A DNA stretch of 28,184 bases from a virus. Its lineage: Duplodnaviria; Heunggongvirae; Uroviricota; Caudoviricetes. The notes below the pieces were generated by a model. That model saw only the letters and a program-made list of their open reading frames with translations, did not search any database and had not been told where the DNA came from. Below are positions 25,858-28,184 of the stretch, one piece after another. The stretch is from IMG/VR virus record IMGVR_UViG_2563366957_000012; one strand, given 5' to 3'. The number at the start of each line of letters is the position of its first letter. Within the stretch, counting starts at the first letter, position 1. Position numbers and translations under genes: made by a program.

Positions 25858-26679
25858 TTACCTAGTTACCTTTTTTAACTGCCGCTCAGCCCATGCTTCT
25901 TCAATATCAAACCGGGTCACCAGCGCATCATAGAATTTCTTAACTGTTTTTTCCCATGACGCGCGTGTTATCTGGTTTGTCACCTCGCATATAGCATTAA
26001 ATGCCTCCGTTGATGGTAGTCTTTCATAGCCACGACCACCACAACGCTGGCAGTCTCTGATAACAGGCATACCACGTTTTACCGACTCTTCACGATGAAT
26101 GGCGACACCACGCCCACGGCAATCCTTACAGGCGGTGGAAACCTCACCCTTTCCGCCACACTCCGGACAGGCAACTTTTACCACCTCCCTGACTTTTTCC
26201 CATTCTTCCCAGTAAGACGAATACACACCTTTCGTGCACTTTGCCCATACCGGCGGCTTACCATCCGGATACTGGACCTTGTTTGTAAAAACTACGCTTT
26301 CAATAAATTTTTCCCCATAGCAACAAGGGCACTGCTTTTTACTCGCTGCGCTGCGGGCATAATCCTCAAAAGCGTACGAAGCCATAATGCGCATCACTAC
26401 CGGTTTTATTTCTGCCGGAAGTTTTCTCAACGCCGCCACACGATCGCACCGACTGAGTGCATAATCTGCCAGTAATTCTGTTGCCCGCACCCTGTCATTC
26501 ATACTGATGCCCATTTTCCCCAGGAACGCAGAAAACCCCATCTCAGCCCGATTCTGTGTCATGCCCTGCGCGGCCATCACATCAGTGATACTCAGCGCAT
26601 CTTTTGACGTTGAGGCCGATGCATCGGTCAGGCAAGGGGATTTTGGGGAGTAGTATTTCGGCAAATCTTCCAGTTTCAT
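25858..26679 (-). CDS. Putative late-gene antiterminator Q (QuuQ/Q82-like) with Cys-rich zinc-finger motifs, 273 aa
   Basis: Position between RusA and the PR'-like promoter. CxxC repeats (CPCC, CPECGGKG, CKDCRGRG, CQRCGGRG). Start overlaps the rusA stop (ATGA). Family assignment rests mainly on synteny. Confidence 0.55.
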   Translation of the reverse strand: MKLEDLPKYYSPKSPCLTDASASTSKDALSITDVMAAQGMTQNRAEMGFSAFLGKMGISMNDRVRATELLADYALSRCDRVAALRKLPAEIKPVVMRIMASYAFEDYARSAASKKQCPCCYGEKFIESVVFTNKVQYPDGKPPVWAKCTKGVYSSYWEEWEKVREVVKVACPECGGKGEVSTACKDCRGRGVAIHREESVKRGMPVIRDCQRCGGRGYERLPSTEAFNAICEVTNQITRASWEKTVKKFYDALVTRFDIEEAWAERQLKKVTR

Positions 26680-27056
26680 TTTTTGACCTGCTCTTCATGC
26701 ATTATGGGGTAAATCTTCACCCCCATACGTCCACCAGATACTGGCTGACCACGAACGATATTGATTTCATCAAACTGCTCATCGTCCATTAACACTCCCG
26801 CATGCGTCAGCGCATCCAGCGGTGCTTTCAGGATATTGTCCAGGTCGCGACGACGCTTATCCGGTGGCTCTGCAATCACCTTTATCGCCAGCCTTCCGGA
26901 CAGGCTTAATTTCAGCCGCTGCTGGCGAACAATTAGCGCCACATCACGGCGATAACGCTTTCCGGCTTCCGAGATGAAATACGTATTGCCATGACGTCGC
27001 CAGTAGGTATTCACCGTCGGCGGGTAAGGCAAAACAAATTCTATGCGTTCAGTCAT
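26676..27056 (-). CDS. rusA: RusA-family Holliday junction resolvase, 126 aa
   Basis: Motifs VLPYPPTVNTYWR and DKRRRDLDNILKAPLDALTHAGVLMDDEQ match the RusA catalytic core (DxxRRDLDN). nin-region position. Confidence 0.85.
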   Translation of the reverse strand: MTERIEFVLPYPPTVNTYWRRHGNTYFISEAGKRYRRDVALIVRQQRLKLSLSGRLAIKVIAEPPDKRRRDLDNILKAPLDALTHAGVLMDDEQFDEINIVRGQPVSGGRMGVKIYPIMHEEQVKK

Positions 27057-28184
27057 TCATGCTTTCCACTTCAGGACACCCGAATTTCTCGCGTGCATTA
27101 AAAAACGAATCAGCAACAACAGCTGGCTGCCGTGTTTTTCTTCAAAATCTTTTACCCCGGCGTGCAGTTCGTTATGACATTTACGGCACAGCGGAATAAC
27201 AAACAAATCATCAGCCTTTGTTCCCATCCCTCCCAGTCCATGACCAATGATGTGATGCGGATCATCTGCCTGATTACCGCACGTCATGCATTTCTGCGTT
27301 TTTACCCAACGCGTGTATACAGGCATCTCTTCCCGTTGTGGTTTCTGGCGCTGGAGATACTGAGCCGGTGACTCCGGATCAACGGCAATGCTGACCACCG
27401 TCTCTTCCTGTGGCGGGTTTTGCTGGTGGGCATGAGGCAACGGCGCAAGATTTTTTGTGCGCTGCTTCAGTATGCTGGTGGCGGTCTGCTCTCCCGGTAC
27501 GATGTCGCTTTCGCGGTACAAGGAGCGGATTTTTTCCGCACGTAACCCCAGAGAACGACGTAATACTGCCTCCGGAAGCGCGTCCGCCACCTGATTGCAG
27601 ACCGCCCACCAGGATAATTCAGCCAGCGACAATTCCCGCTCCTGCGTGCCATTCATTGCATGGCGTATGACGTCAATCATCCATGCTGACAGGTTTTGAT
27701 GAGCAAGTTGCTCGAGTGATTCGGATGTCTGGTCACGCAACTGGTTGTCGCAGTGCCAGCACAACACCATCGCGCCGGTACCGTAACGATGTATGACGAT
27801 TTCACTGTGATGATAGTCACCATGAGGCCACTGGCAGGATTTGACATGACGCAACAGCCAGTCAGACAGTGCCCCAGCGCCGCCAGCAGCACGAATCACC
27901 CGCTCATCGCTGAAAAATGGCAGTAATGATTTATCCTCCGCCAGCGGCTGGCGAACGGCAGGGACGACTCCGGACGGCAGACCGCGCATGCTTTTCGGTT
28001 CAGGCTCCACCAGCACTCGAGGGTTATGAAATACTTGCATGGATTCACGGCCCGGCCTAAGGACCACCAGCCCGAGTTCCGGTACCAGAACAGGTCGAAG
28101 TAATATCCGCACGTTACCTCCAGATCCGTTGCTGGTATGTGCGGGATGGGCGCGGTGGGCGTTCGGAATAAGGGAGCCTGACAT
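27057..28184 (-). CDS. DUF968 (YdfU-like) nin-region protein with C-terminal HNH-like zinc-finger nuclease motif, 375 aa
   Basis: C-terminus CMTCGNQADDPHHIIGHGLGG...CRKCHNELH is an HNH-type motif. Located upstream of rusA and Q as ydfU is in Qin-type prophages. The ATG lies exactly at the window end, so the true start is not verifiable. Confidence 0.6.
   Translation of the reverse strand: MSGSLIPNAHRAHPAHTSNGSGGNVRILLRPVLVPELGLVVLRPGRESMQVFHNPRVLVEPEPKSMRGLPSGVVPAVRQPLAEDKSLLPFFSDERVIRAAGGAGALSDWLLRHVKSCQWPHGDYHHSEIVIHRYGTGAMVLCWHCDNQLRDQTSESLEQLAHQNLSAWMIDVIRHAMNGTQERELSLAELSWWAVCNQVADALPEAVLRRSLGLRAEKIRSLYRESDIVPGEQTATSILKQRTKNLAPLPHAHQQNPPQEETVVSIAVDPESPAQYLQRQKPQREEMPVYTRWVKTQKCMTCGNQADDPHHIIGHGLGGMGTKADDLFVIPLCRKCHNELHAGVKDFEEKHGSQLLLLIRFLMHARNSGVLKWKA

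Overview
This window is the late-gene half of a lambdoid prophage, most likely from E. coli or a close enterobacterial relative (J, lom, I, K, L, stf, Rz/Rz1 and the S21-type holin are near-identical in motif to the lambda and phage 21 proteins as I recall them). Almost every gene is on the minus strand and reads from high to low coordinates: nin-region genes (DUF968/HNH-like protein, RusA), a Q-like antiterminator, a PR'-like promoter with a short terminated leader, four tightly packed tRNA genes, a phage-21-type lysis cassette (dual-start pinholin, a YdfR-like insert, SAR endolysin, Rz with embedded Rz1), an HNH endonuclease, a probable cos region, P27-family small and large terminase, HK97-type head genes (portal, prohead protease, major capsid, connector proteins), then a lambda-like tail module (V, G and G-T by -1 frameshift, a long tape measure, M, L, K, I, J), lom, a mosaic side tail fibre, and three small distal genes. 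The window appears to have been cut at gene boundaries (a stop codon at 1-3 and a start codon at 28182-28184). The only convincing plus-strand gene is an AT-rich moron at 22515..23054 with its own promoter region and terminator, encoding a YfbU (UPF0304)-like protein. I see no clear multi-gene novel system; the candidates most worth follow-up are that moron, the tail-fibre-distal cassette at 1..1294 (acidic 93-aa protein, stand-alone S74-chaperone-domain protein, 95-aa membrane protein, no canonical Tfa), the atypical tRNA in the tRNA cluster, and the structured leader upstream of the holin. All calls rest on reading the supplied ORF translations and sequence by eye; no database search or folding program was run.
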